Shown here: positions 20,356 through 33,236 of the stretch, one piece after another
How positions within the stretch are numbered: position 1 is the stretch's first letter
How the letters are laid out: the number at the start of each line of letters is the position of its first letter
NCBI GenBank assembly: GCA_013115125.1
Contig: JABANN010000313.1
Coordinates: forward strand, 1-40,330
DNA from: Perkinsus olseni
Lineage: Eukaryota
Reading direction: 5' to 3'
DNA: 40,330 nt
Translations under genes and position numbers: made by a program
The notes under the pieces: generated by a model
Told to the model about the DNA's origin: nothing
The model's database searches: none
Seen by the model: the letters and a program-made list of their open reading frames with translations, nothing else

Positions 20356-22138
20356 TCATATACCGGTCGCAGCGCGCTGTCCGGCACGGATCTTCCGTGG
20401 CTGCCTCGAACTAGCGTCGGCTACTGTGGCTCGCTGGAGGCGTGAAGCCACCACGCGACGATTTCTTCCGTTGAAGGATCCTTGCTGGAGAGCCTGATTC
20501 GCCATCAAACCCCTGCTCCACGGTGCTCCCAAGTGAAGCCCTACCCCATCAGCATATCTTTCGAACTGGCCGTAGCAGTGAACGGCTAAGGCGAGGATCA
20601 TCAGTGCCGCTCCTATCAATTGATGGACGTGATAACTTTCCCCAAGAATAATATGACAAAGTAAAAAACAACAGCACGGCTGGAGAACCTGAGGAGGCAG
20701 GCATCAGCTTCGTCGCGAGAGCCGCGAACCGATGAGACCCGACTTGGTAGAGGCCAACCGTGACCGGGCCGATCACTCTGACAGCCTTCAGTTGTATCCA
20801 CCACTCTATCAACAGAACGAATATCACTGAGTAAGCGATGGACGCCCAGCCGACCCCTCCCATTCTTGAGACATAGGACCTAAGTAGAGGAGACTTACAC
20901 CGGGAAGATCTTGGTGGACTGCTCACCACAAATTCGGCGTGTCACCACGGAAAATGACGTAGACCAGAACAGCTGTGAAGACAGCGAGTACGAGTAGCTG
21001 CTGCATGTGGAGCGCGGCACGCTCCATATGGGTCATGGCTACACGCTGCTCCGTTAGCTGGATAGAAAGGCCCAGCAAGTCGAGGAGATAGTTCTGTCCG
21101 GGATTTGCCAACCTGTGCGGCCTTCGTGAGAGGAACACCCAAAAGCATAAGAAAGCCGACATCAAGCTCGTGGATCGCATAAACGCGGCCAGCTACGAGG
21201 ACGCCGGCGATACCCAGAAGGATTGAGGCGTATCTGAGCGCGACTGCCATGCCGAGACTGGCTCGCCCCTGCACTTCACTCGAACCGACTTGTGCTTACT
21301 GCCCTTCTCCAGGCCCACGGCTAGCGCAATCATGGTCGAGCCAATCGGCACAAATGGCTGGACAATACCTAGCAGTGGGCTGTGTCGCAAGCGAGAACAC
21401 GCTGCAGAGTAGGTGATGAATCTTAATATCGTCCTCTGAGAATGGTACGCTATGGGGCTACCTGCGCTCGTTGCTTCAGTGAACATGAGGCCGAAGGGAA
21501 TGAGGTTCTGTCGGAGCGCTCTGAGAAACATCGGAAGAGGTCGAGTGGCGCCGTGCGAGGCAATACCCGGCTATTCCTTCAATGACTGCTGCCTTCTGCT
21601 CTGCGGTGGGCACAGCGAAAATCTGAGTGCAACGGGAGTGTGGATGGAACGGGCGAGGTTAACGATAGTGGTTTACCTGCCCTAGACGCGGCCGGCTAGT
21701 CCAATAAATGATGGGGACTAAACCCAGTGCGAGGGCCCCTCTAACCAAAGAGTAAATGGGCGCTGCGTAGAGTCCCAGGCTGTCCCTCTCCGAGTTGTAG
21801 AATGCACGGAAGAAAACGTAGTTACCTGAGCAGGGCAACCAAGCAATCGGAGAGCGGCGAGCTGCGACCACCGCCGATTCGCTTGGAACCAATTTTCCGG
21901 CATCTATCACGATGAGGAGGTCACTCGCGACTCAGCCCGGCCCACCTGCGGCAAGCCACTGAGACACGAAGAGCAAAAGGTGGGCAGTGGCTATTGTATG
22001 GGGTTCTCGCTCATTGGAAGCCTGCCATACACTCAGCAGAGGCCCGGAGGCTGCTGTAACACTCACAAGATCCTCGATCGCGACGAGTGACTCGGTGGCC
22101 AGGAGAGGTTGGAGAAGCTGCACCGATGGCCGAGGCAT
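20356..22138 (-). CDS. EamA/DMT-superfamily (WAT1-like) membrane transporter, multi-exon; ends approximate
   Basis: Series of hydrophobic exons: HLLLFVSQWLAAG-NYVFFRAF...IYSLVRGALALGLVPII; IVQPFVPIGSTMIALAVGLEK; ASILLGIAGVLVAG; WASIAYSVIF...WIQLKAVRVIGPVTVGLYQ; IGAALMILALAVH. The pattern is typical of duplicated EamA domains. Confidence 0.6.
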
Positions 22139-22837
22139 TGCTGGGTGGAGAAGAGAGGAGCTGACCGGCTACATGAGGCGACCAGGAGTTCTTGCTTGCG
22201 ATGACTCTGAGAGCGAAGAGCGAGACAGTATGCACCAGTAAAAGCCTTGAACCCGCCGAAGCAGCAGGTTGGGACCCAATCAACATTCGATGGCGATGAT
22301 TTAAAGAAAATTCCCCCAACCGCCGCGAATGCCTCGGGTGGACATTTCGATTCGGTCCTCGACAGGCAAATCGACATCGAAGGCATGCAGAAAACCCATC
22401 GAAGTTGATGACACCATGAGCATGCGGCGTTGGCTAAATTGTTCATGGTAAAGCGATGAATGGTATCTTTCAACTGCGGGTAAAGTGTCGATCAGCTGCT
22501 GCCTTGGAAAGCAAGTAGCGTGCGTACTGCCTCGCAGCAGATACCTCTTCCTGCCGAGAATCGTCGGGAGCAAGCACCTCGACGGGTCCGTGAACAACGG
22601 AGAACCTATGATAGGAACGACTCCTTCCTCTCAGCTCGATTTACAATCCCACCGATCAGCTGCTTTATGCAACGAGCAGTTCACGTACTCAGCAGAACCC
22701 GCTCTCTCGTAACATCTTCCACTCATCGTAGTGGGCTGGGGCAAGCTGACAAGAGGCTAGACAGTAGAAGTTGGGTACTGCGAAACTGACTGGTCGCGGG
22801 CGCGCCTTTCGAGCGGAGAAACGACAGAATATCATAG

Positions 22838-25678
22838 CTAGCAGGACATGGCCTCACTTACACGCCATCATGTCCGCGAACCTCGCGAACATCAATAGGC
22901 TCTCTCGGTCTCTGAGTTCCAATACTCTGCCGTGAAGCTGCGTAGGGGGGATGAAGCTCACCGTAGGCTCGGCATCCCTCCCTCTCATACACTCGATAGC
23001 TGCTCGCAACGATTGCATGTACGACTTATCAACCCTCGCACGATCCTGTTCTCACGATACAGGGAAGGCATACGGCAGCGACGCACCTCCGCCCGTCTCA
23101 AATCTTCCGCGAGCGATTCCTTTTCTCGTTCCGCTAGCATTAACTTCAGCTTTCCTATTTCTGCATCCGCTGTAAGCTGCCCGACTTGTTCCTTCAGCTT
23201 TCCAATCTCAGCCTGCCAACACTCATCAGCCTCGTCGAGGATTTCAAAACTTCACTTACCTGCATCAGGCGGGCAGGATGTTCATCTCGTGGTAACAACT
23301 CCTGCCCACGACTATCGGGCTCCATGGTCATCCGCTACTCTCCCCTCTCACCACTGCATCCGAGTCTCCTTGCTGTTCCGCCATGAGTGTGGTATTACGC
23401 ACCTCCAACACCTGTATCTGGGCAAAACCATAGAAACATGACGCACCTGTCGATGGACTGAAAGCAGCAGTTTCTCGAGCCAACCTGCGCCTCTTTGTCC
23501 GCCATACTCGTCTTCAGGGCCGCCACTTCCTGCCGTAACCCCTCTATGATATGGGAGGTCTCGGTAATCTACCGTACCGTGGAAGCATCGCTATGCGCAA
23601 GGCGAGGTATGTGCGGAACACCAGTTGATTATCCGCGTATAGTGCTACGAGACATGTCTCAGAGTCCGCCGATTGTTTGTTCCCACCTCCAGCGAATGCG
23701 CCCTTCTAATCATCTCGAGCTTGTAAATCTGTGCATCTTTGTCGTCAACGTCGTTCCGTAGCCGCTCAACTTCATTCGATCCTGCAAAGAGAACCCAGGA
23801 GGAAGGCCATTGTACAGAGGCACCCAGTGACGCGGGCTACGATGCGCTAAGCACGCTATGAGAGAGGCGCTTGTCTCACTCTCTTTATCGTCTCCACTGC
23901 TGCTGCTGCTGCTGCTGCTGCTCGAGGGCTGCTGAGGCAGGGGAAATGATGCCGAGGGCTGAGCGACTATTCCGCGTTCTCCAGTCGACAGGCTGGGCCA
24001 TCCTCCAGAGCCGGTCATACCTCATTGGAGCAGCTTGGCTCGTTCGAAGGTTCGTGATTCCTCAACATCTCTACCTGAGGTCTTAGTCGGGTCCCTGGCG
24101 TCACTCTCGAGCCCCACTTCTATCATGCTGCGCCCTCGTTGCATCCTCAGCATCTCCACCTCTCCCTCAGCTTCAGAGAGCTGCTCCCGCAGAGCTCCAA
24201 CTTCTGCCTTGTAGCCTTCACAGGCGGTGCAAGACGAAGCATCGATCTTCGCTGAGGCCGCAACCGACACCGAGCGTGTCGATGCAGACTGTCGAGGCTG
24301 CCGCTCGTACCCGTAGTGCCGTGCTCCACAGTGACCAGCCTTTCTCCTAGGATCGCGATCTACGAGAGCATTGCTTCGTTCGAGTTTAAAGCATTAGACA
24401 AGTGAGCAATAACATGGATGCATCAGATGTCCTTTCCAAGCTATAATTCCGTAATTCCGTTATACTCATGCCCGCAGAGCACACGTAGCAGATTGGAGAT
24501 CCGAGAAAACTTGCAGCTGGTACTCCTCTACCTGGCTGTCCAGACGAGCCTTCTCGCCGTCGAAGGACGAATGGTTTTCCGGTCGGCGCGAGCTGCCGCT
24601 CTCCTTCTCTTCCTTGATTTCATGCAGCTCCCGTACTGCCTGAGAATTAGCTTTCGACTCGGGAACAGACACGCGAGAGAGGGACAGGGAGCGATGACCG
24701 GGATACATCCGACTGCAGCGGTCACCCGAGCCGATGCATGAATTGTGTATGCATCATATAGCGAACACCTGGCAATGCCGTTCAGCAGGGCACTGCCGGA
24801 CTAGCAGCCAGACGGCGTAGTTCAGCTCGACTCCGTGGCGATCCAGGGAAGTAGATTCTTGCCGCAACTCAACTGGTCGTTACCAGCTTACCGCAGCTAA
24901 GTCATCCTCGAGTGTTGAAATGACGACAGCCTGTCTTGATACAGTCATTCTCAACTCCTCAAGAGCCGCACCGTCCTCATCGAAGCTGCACGTGCTCATA
25001 GCTCCAACCCCACCAGCAGCCAGCCGCTTGTCGGCGTGCGTATCTCGCAAAGGGGCATCATATCCGCGAAGTAAACAGCATCAGCTGCCAGCTTTATGTA
25101 TTGGTTGATTCCCGACATCTGAAACTATCAACTGGCTCACTTGTAGACACTGGCACAGATAGCAACTGTGGACTGCACCCCGGTTCCTTAACGATCCTCA
25201 TGCCCATCCCAGCTGTGGCCCGCCGCAGCATCTCTACTTCGACTCGGTACCGGCTCACCTACGTTACCGCTGTGCCCCGCTCATAACAGGCGGCAACAAC
25301 CATCGGACGGTATCACCTGCATGCGCAGTGCATCGATATCTTCGTCACAGCCATCATCATCGTCTGGTCCGATCCTGACGTCCTTAGTACCAGCCTTGTC
25401 TACCAGCGGCAGCGCTTCAGCTCTTTCGTGTCTTCGCTTTAACACCTCAACCTTCACGTGGGAATAGCGTGTCTCTCGTACTGCTCGTGGCAGTCCTGCC
25501 CCGTCCTCACCATCTCCTGTGCCCTATCCCGTTCCGTGCGAACCCTGTCCATTCGAGCCTTCAGGGATGCATACGAAGCTGCTTGCTTCTCAAGTTCTTC
25601 GGTTAGTAGGTGAAGTCTGAGAGTAGCGTCGTTGCCGGCTCTGGAGGAACCCCGGGACCAAGCGCAGGGTGCAGTCAT
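22838..25678 (-). CDS. Long multi-exon coiled-coil hypothetical protein; boundaries approximate
   Basis: Heptad-rich exons such as LLTEELEKQAASYASLKARMDRVRTERDRAQEM and YKAEVGALREQLSEAEGEVEMLRMQ, with further E/K/R-rich segments between 22900 and 23700 and a poly-Ser tract. Confidence 0.45.
23897..23922. repeat. (CTG)8 microsatellite, reading as poly-Ser on the minus strand
   Basis: ctgctgctgctgctgctgctgctgct seen directly. Confidence 0.9.
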
Positions 25679-25897
25679 GTTGGACACCCTAGAAGCATTG
25701 TATTCAAGATTGTCCAGCAGCAGCGCCACCGAAGGACTCTGAATAGGTTTCGGTGGGAGAATCTCCCAACATTTCGCTGTGAAAGAAGAAGCTTTGGGAA
25801 ATTATAGGAACAATAAGGTTGTTCAATCGGACAGGTGAACAATAATTGTTCAATTCAACTGCGATTCGGACGGTAACACGGCCCCGTTGTGGACGCT

Positions 25898-26663
25898 CAC
25901 TGTCTATTCGCATCCTGAGAGTTCCTTTTGTAAGACTTCCGGAGCTCGCCCTCTCTAGAAAGTAGTTTTATCTCGAAAAAAGCAAGGCTGCTGAGAGGAG
26001 GGACACCTCCGTTACTCTCTCCTTCAGACGAGCTATGTGCGAGTCCTTCTCAGCAATCACATCCCTCAGTCGCTCCATAACGTGCTTCAACTCCACCAAC
26101 AGTTCCTCCTCGCGGGCTCTGACCAGCTCAAGGCGTACAACGCTGCATGCTCAGCAGCCTCTATTCAACAGTAGGGGCCGCAGTAACGTGTCAAGTGTGT
26201 GATTCAACCCATCACTAAGAGCTAACCAAGTGCATGTGGTCCCACTTTCTCTCCTGTTCTCTCTCCCGCAGCAGCTGCTGCCTAGCAGCGCATTCTGACT
26301 GGATAGCATCCCCCTGCAGATGTCGAGTTGTCGGATGTTGATGCCGCCCGGGTTGGCCTGGTGAGCGTGAGGATGGCGCGGTCACCGGCTGAAGAGATAT
26401 TGAGATTCGATCACGTTCGACCGCGTAAGCAAGCGTAAAGATCCCACAGAAAGTCTTCAATGATGAGGAATGTATGAACGTCAATGCTCAACGACGGTTA
26501 AGCTTCAGTAATCACCGTACTAGCCTCTCACTCGGCGAGGTGATGCTGTCCGTGGCCGCCGAGGCCCCCGAAGGACGGGGGTCGCTAGGGGCCTGCGGAG
26601 AGCCGTAGGACGCTGTGGAGGGACGCGAGGAGAATGCCGGAGTTCCGGAAGGCGGAACTCCAT
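25898..26663 (-). CDS. Small coiled-coil hypothetical protein, multi-exon; boundaries approximate
   Basis: MEFRLPELRHSPRVPPQRP..., QQLLREREQERKWDHMHL and LELVRAREEELLVELKHVMERLRDVIAEKDSHIARLKE, joined by GT-AG introns. Confidence 0.35.
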
Positions 26664-27043
26664 ACGCTGGAGCCAAAACGAGAACTAACCGAAGCAGAAC
26701 CCTCAGCCGCTCGGCAAACTACGGACTGAACACAGCAATTCGCGAATGTTCTGCTGTTCTCCTCCAGAGCCGAATCTTTGAGGTTGTCCGGATCCAATAA
26801 TCATCCGAAGCTTGGATGATCTCAGAACAGCAGTGGCATCAGTAGGATTCGTGATCGGGCCGCTCCTGATTGGATGATGGGTTAGTAGCGGAGTAACCGT
26901 AGCCCTGGCCAGTGACGCGGTAGTTGCGTAGAGAGAAGACTCCACCCTTCCAATCGGTACTGAACGCAACGCAGCAAGCACGTTGAACACCACCACCACG
27001 ATATTGGTACTTTAGTACGGCAGTAGTAGTAACATCAGCATAT

Positions 27044-29549
27044 TCATGCTCCTTGGATAATCGAGCAGCTGCTCGTAGCAGCACTCGAATACGACGAAGT
27101 AGTTCTCTTATCAGAACGCCCGTTGCCACCGAGCAAGGCCTGCGCTTCTGCGACTCGCTGCTGCGAAGTGTAGTCCAGCTCAGCGGAAACTTCTTCTGGA
27201 CTCACAGACACCAGGGGAAGCCCCTTCGTTTCCCTAAAGGAAAATGACATCGTGAGACAAGAGGGTGACGCTGGCCGTGCCCAGGCAGTTTGGGACGGGA
27301 CCCCGCTCCTTACCAAATCAGGTTGATGCCACTGGCTGCCATCGAAGCAACCAGCAAGACGATAAGCAAGGTAATGAAAACGTCAAGTGTCTGTCGAGAG
27401 TCTTGCTTCGAAAGCTCGAGAATGAGGGGGGCCGCCACCGCTCCCAAGCGGCCTGGAAAATCGGAGAACTTCCATTAGAAATACGTTCGGGACGCAGAAG
27501 CCTGAGGGGGCTCTAAGAGGGTTCTACGAGACCCACCTATGCCTGAGATGATCCCGATAGTGGTCATACGGCAGTTGGTAGGGAAGACTTCCGCAGTATA
27601 GGTAGACACCACCGCGTAGTACCCCAGAACCAATCCTCTCAGTGCGTATGCGGAGACGGGCCCCATCCAGTCTGATCAAGAGATGCTGATACGATAACTA
27701 CTGCAGTCGCTAGGCTACCGGGCATGTAAGAGAGTTGCAGCATCCCCAGGCCACAGATGGTACAAAGGAACCCAAGCGCTTGCATCACGGTCACGTGTCC
27801 CACTCCGCGATAGCTTCCCAATAGGAGAGCAAGAAATGCACCTGTTAGAGAACTACTGTGATTAATGAGCACACAACGACGAATGAGAGGCTCACCAGGG
27901 ATCGCCAGAGAGCTTGATATCACCAGCTGCAGTCCCAATGACATGCTCTTAACACCACGGAAATACCTACAGCCGAAACCGATCGTATGCTTGAAGGCCC
28001 TTGCCGGGGTGAGCATCCTACTGCGGCAGAATGTAAGCAAGTCCATAAAGGCCGAAGTCCTTGCATGCAGTGACCAGAATCATCGTCCATACTGTTCCAG
28101 AGTAGTGTCTTCCAGTGATAGTAGCGAATGCACACACGTCCCGAGGGGCAGCGGTTGGTCGGAGAGTCTAAGGCCGACGAGAACTGGCCAAGCGGCACTG
28201 TTCAGGTGCTTTACTCACATAGGGCTGCTCCTGGACGACACTCGAGTCGGGAGTGAAGCGTACAGGTACATTATACGCGCCGTTGGACTTTCGGACCTGA
28301 CCGAACCCTTGGTCGCGCCCTCAATTGCTCAAAGAACGGCCTCCCACTGTTTTCAAGATCCTATTCACTTCTTGGTAGTCGCGGTGTCGGACGGTGACGA
28401 ACTGCGGTGATTCCCATAGCATGGTAAGAGCAAACATGACCATGAAGAGTGATGGCGCAGCAGCGATCTCCAACAGGGTCCTCCACGAGCATACCTGAAC
28501 AATTCCGTGTGAACTCAAGACTGAGAAGACGTAGTTCGGATAGCGGACCGTGAAGCTATCATACTTGATGCCCTGGCTCCTGCATGACGCTGAGAAGATA
28601 GATGTCGCAGTGGTCACCACTCCTAGTGAGATTAGGATCCACGAATAATGTCCCTGAATAGTAACGTAAGTGGCGATTGAGATGCTGCGCATATGGTCTC
28701 GTGAACGGAACAGGAGGGGAAATTGCCGTCTGCGACCAAGAAGAGCAACGCAGCTGATCACTATCCTACCAGCGGTGGCGTAGAGCTCTCCGAGTACGGC
28801 TAACGATGCCATGATAATGAGCCCTTCAGCTCTGTGCTTAGAGGGGGATACCTCAGCCAGCAGAGCAAACACCGCTGGTATCCCAAGGCCGCATCCCACC
28901 CCTGCTCCAAACCGATACGCCAGCATCACCACCTGAGAGTTGCGAGAATCCCGGTAGCACAAGCGGATTGAAAACCTTCACCTCAGTCGAAGCAGTTGAG
29001 CAGGCGAAGCCGAATACCCCCGTCAGAAGGTAAGACATAAGTACGCAGGGCCTCCTGCCTAGGCGGTCTCCGATGAGCCCGGAGAGAAGGCATCCTGAAG
29101 GAGACAGACCATGGGCACGGCGGTAAGAAAGAGCATAGAGGTAACCTACCACACACATATCCCAGGTGGATGGTGGACGCTAGCAGAACTCTGGTGAGTG
29201 GCGGCAGACTCCAGTGATCGTCCAAGAGCATGGCTACAGGTCCCATTACCATGAGTTGGCTCCCTTCGGAGAACAACACGCCTGACAGACCGGAGGGCTC
29301 CAACGGAGGGACAAGTCTATCCGAATCAGTTCGAGCTACGACGCGGCCAGCGGTGTCCCCATCCCAAGTAGGGCTATACCTACCTCCGCACAGAATGAGT
29401 ACTGCAACTTGGAAGCTGCCGAAGCCCATGGCATCCAGCTTCCTCCCAACTCCAGCGGGGCTCAGCGGCTCGTCCACATCAGCCAGCGCTGAATACGTAA
29501 AGTCAATCTCGGCAGTTACTCCCCGCCGTCTAGAGATGCTCCTGAACAT
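27044..29549 (-). CDS. MFS transporter, SV2/SVOP-like, multi-exon
   Basis: LDAMGFGSFQ; motif A GLIGDRLGRRP; RFGAGVGCG...LLAEVSPSKHRA; WESPQF; YTAEVFPTNCRMTTIG; GRLGAVAAP; C-terminal WETKGLPL in the last exon ending at 27044. Confidence 0.88.
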
Positions 29550-29664
29550 CAGCCATGGGAGGGATAACTTCTAAGGACGAATCCGACTTCACCGGTCTCT
29601 GATCAGAACTCAACCAAACGTCTATGAAATTCAACACAGCCAAGCATGGGACGTAACGAGGCTA

Positions 29665-32600
29665 TCATCTAATAGCAATCGCTCCAGTCGCCGTCACGGC
29701 CTTCCCATTCGCACCCGGTGTTTTCAAAAGTTTGCTTTGCATCTTCCACAAAGTGTCGAGGCCGCCTTGTTCTCTGAGTACCTCCTTGGCCTTCTCGCTG
29801 GCCATAGAGCACTTGGCCAAGGCACTACCAGCGTTAGCCTGGTCTTGCTTCCTCAGGCACTCGAGCATAGGAACGACGGCCCTGACCAGATCCTCCTCGT
29901 ACTGCTTCGATCCAGCGCGAGTCAAGTCAGCTGCCGCAGCAATAATGAGGCACGCATTACCGCGGAGCATGTAGAGAGTCTTGTCACGATCGTCGTAGCC
30001 CTGCGGAGGGAACTTCAGCAGGAGCTCTGTCGCTGCACGCACAAGCCCAGGAGTTAGGCATGACGTATCCTGCTTCACAGCATGACACAGCAGCCTGAGT
30101 GCCGGATCGCACGAAGACGGGTCAGTCGCATCGCTCAAGATCCTTTCGGCCAAGACCACCGCTTCGGAGTCGTTGCCGAGCTGAATGCCCCCTTCTACAA
30201 GTTGTGCCAGTCGGAGAAGGATAGTTAGAACTCTCCCCACAGTACGTGGCTGGCGGCGGGCAACGTCGCACAGGATAGCCTCTGCCTGGCCCTGCACGGC
30301 AACGTGCTGCGCAGCCTGAGTGGAGACTGTGCAGCAGTTCTGCAATGCGCCAAGGACTGCCATGGTGGATTTCTCGTCAACTAGCTTCGTACAAGCCTCC
30401 AACAACGGCAGTGCGCATGCATTGGCTACCGCCCCACCACCGACGTTGCAAATAACACCGGCCGCTTGTTCCGCCGTAGCAGCGTCCGCGACCTTCCTAG
30501 GAAGGCTCCGGCACAGCTCAGCATGGCTTTGAAGATAGGTGCGCAATGCTTGGCAGGAGGTAGCACAGTTAGCCAGTACACACATGGCCGCCAGACTAGA
30601 GGACCGCTTACGACAGGCCACCCTGCGGACGATGGTGTCCAGCACCTCACTGTTCTTGTCTCTAGAGAGAGCCTCTTGCAGCTGCCTCCGAGGGCCCGGC
30701 CTGGTCGATAGCTCGGCCATCAGGGCAACACACCTCCCGCAGCGGACTTTGGATTTGATAAGCTGCACAAGCCGTCCAATGTGTGCCCCAGCCTTACCAC
30801 TGAAGACCTCGCACGCTGTGTCAGACAGCTCGCATATTCGGACCAAGAGTCGGAGGCATCGCAACAGCCCGATGCTTCGGAGCTCGTCAGGGTCCTCAAT
30901 GCTGGCGTTCCTGTGCAGCAGGGCCGCCCTTGATAGATCGCCCAACAGGTTGTCGAGGCCACCGCAGTGGACTACCTGCATAGGATGCGGCACAGCTGAC
31001 TGCGCTGCGCTGTGGAGGCTCACCTTCCTCAGGGACTCTGCGTCGATAGAGAGTGCTGCAAGTATCGCAGACTCATCCAAATCACTTATCTTGCCCAACG
31101 ATGGCCGTCCATCCTCCAACAGAAACGACGCTATGGTCTGTCACAGAGTAAGTCGTGGCATACTGGTCGGACAGGTCTCATACTTACCTCACTCGTCGCC
31201 TCCTTCAAAGGGTCCTGGCTAGGCTTCCCATCCCCCTCCTTTACTCGTGTGCTCTCGATTTCACGCAAGTGGCGGTCGCACAAGTCGATGGCAGACCGCG
31301 CTTCCTCAGCAGCTACCCCCAGCTTCAGTGCTTCCTCCGCATCGCACCTGGAAGGCTCCACAGTACCCGGGACCGAAGTTTCCTCCCGGATCGATCCTCT
31401 GACGGAGTGCGGAAGTCGACGTACTTTGCAGCATCCCATCGCTTGAGGTTCTGGAAGGCCACACTCCGCCGCAACAGGGCCTTGGTGCAGGCATCGGCGG
31501 ACTGCGAGTAGCCGTCCTCGAATATTTCAACCATTTCCAACACCTACGATTACGCTAGAAACCGAGGCCACCCCCAACCGACCGGATCCAAGTATGGAAT
31601 TGTGTACCCACCTTCGAGCAGGAATCAGCCGCTTGCTCGAAGCGGCCCAGCTTGAGCTCGGCCAACGCCCTGTTCGTCCACAAGGCCTTATTATCTCTCT
31701 GGAACTCGAGTCCACTCTCATACTCCTCAATAGCACCGACGAAGTCCCCACTCTTCAAGAGAGCGTTGCCTCGATCCTTACACCTGTACGCAATAATTGC
31801 CCTCCAATACCGTTGAGCAGCGCAATATGAATTCAACTCAGTACTCCCTATTCTCACGAGACCCAAAAAAACCATCGCCTTCGCACCAAGAGTCACTGGT
31901 GTTTCCATGCGAGTCGGCCCTCTCACTTTCGCGCAGTAATAGCTCGATTTTCCCGAGCCTTGTTCCGCTCCTTCATGTCCTGCTCCAAGGCCTTGAAGTT
32001 GGGATCATCATTAGGGACGATCGGATCGCCTGGTGGGCATCAGCGTGACACGACCACTCCCACGCCACGCCGCGATTGCCTTCCTCCTCAGTGTCCGTTT
32101 CCGGCTCCCAGTACTCCCACTTTTGGTAGTTGATGACCTTCGATTTCGGCACCAGCTGACGGCTCTTCAACCAACGCTCCCACTTATCCTTTCGCCTTGC
32201 ATGAGCAGCGTTCTCCCTTTGGAGGTTCTCAACCTGCCAATGCACTCAGGAATCACTTCGTAGCCTCCAAAGGTCGATCGGGCAGAGCCATTGGTAACCC
32301 CGTCGCGAAGAGCACAGGAGTGAGAGACGATTCACCTTTGTGTGCAGCTCCTCCAGCCTTTCCTTTCTCGCCATCAGCTTCTTATTACCACATCTTCCGC
32401 AACTCCCGACCTCACCAACGTACTCCGTGAAGCACTTCTTGCAGAACAGCACGTAGCCCTCGCTGTTGCCTTTACCAGGCCTTCCATATTTCCTGACCAC
32501 AATCAGCAACCTCTGTAGCGGCTACGCACCCACAAGGAGGGTACCGAGGCACCACTGTCTTCCAGCACAGCAGAGCTACCTCAGAGCCTCCACCTTCTCA

Positions 32601-32809
32601 GCAGCCTCCCGCGCCTTCACAGCATCAGCGTTGTGCAGATGCTGGATCTTCCGGTCGACATCATCAACCGTCACCTGCGAATCCACAGCTATCAAGAAAT
32701 ACGGAAGAGTGTCCTAGCACCCGCTCACCGTGCCTTTGATCAAACCGTTGATCTGTGAGCTAATCTCATCAACCTTCTTTTCGAACGCCTCAGCATCGGC
32801 AGAGTTCAT
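29665..32809 (-). CDS. TTC12: TTC12-like TPR + armadillo-repeat protein (axonemal dynein assembly co-chaperone family), multi-exon
   Basis: N-terminal AFEKKVDEISSQINGL; FKALEQDMKERNKARENR; TPRs KDRGNALLKSGDFVGAIEEYESGL...LWTNRALAELKLGRFEQAADSC and KALLRRSVAFQNLKRWDAA; long last exon of ARM-like helices (GNACLII...ANAGSALAKC...LREQGGLDTL). Confidence 0.72.
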
Positions 32810-33236
32810 TTGAAGCACAGAGATCCTCACAAATCCCTGGACGTAGGGTGGTGGACGTGGTAGGACTGTATTCTTGTGGCCCCGTAAGAGGCAGGAACGT
32901 GAGAGCGCCAACCCATACTGGCTGCCGATCAATGATTGGTGAGATTGTTCTGACACACTGCCCCGCAGGAGGATTCGATGGCACAAGGGCCAACAGCAGA
33001 AAAGGTATCAATCAGGCGACGCGCTGGTTCCATTCAGGATTCCCACCATGCTACAGTTTTGGCATCAGCAGCAGCTGCTGCTGAATGAACTCAGCATGCC
33101 TGCTCGGGGCCGTCCTTCCCTACCTATCGCTTTCTAATTGATAACCAAGCACAGCTTCCCTTCAACAACAACGAGGAGTACCGTCATAACCATGAGGACC
33201 CTTGCACAATCAATAGACGTGTGACGGCCGCCCTAT

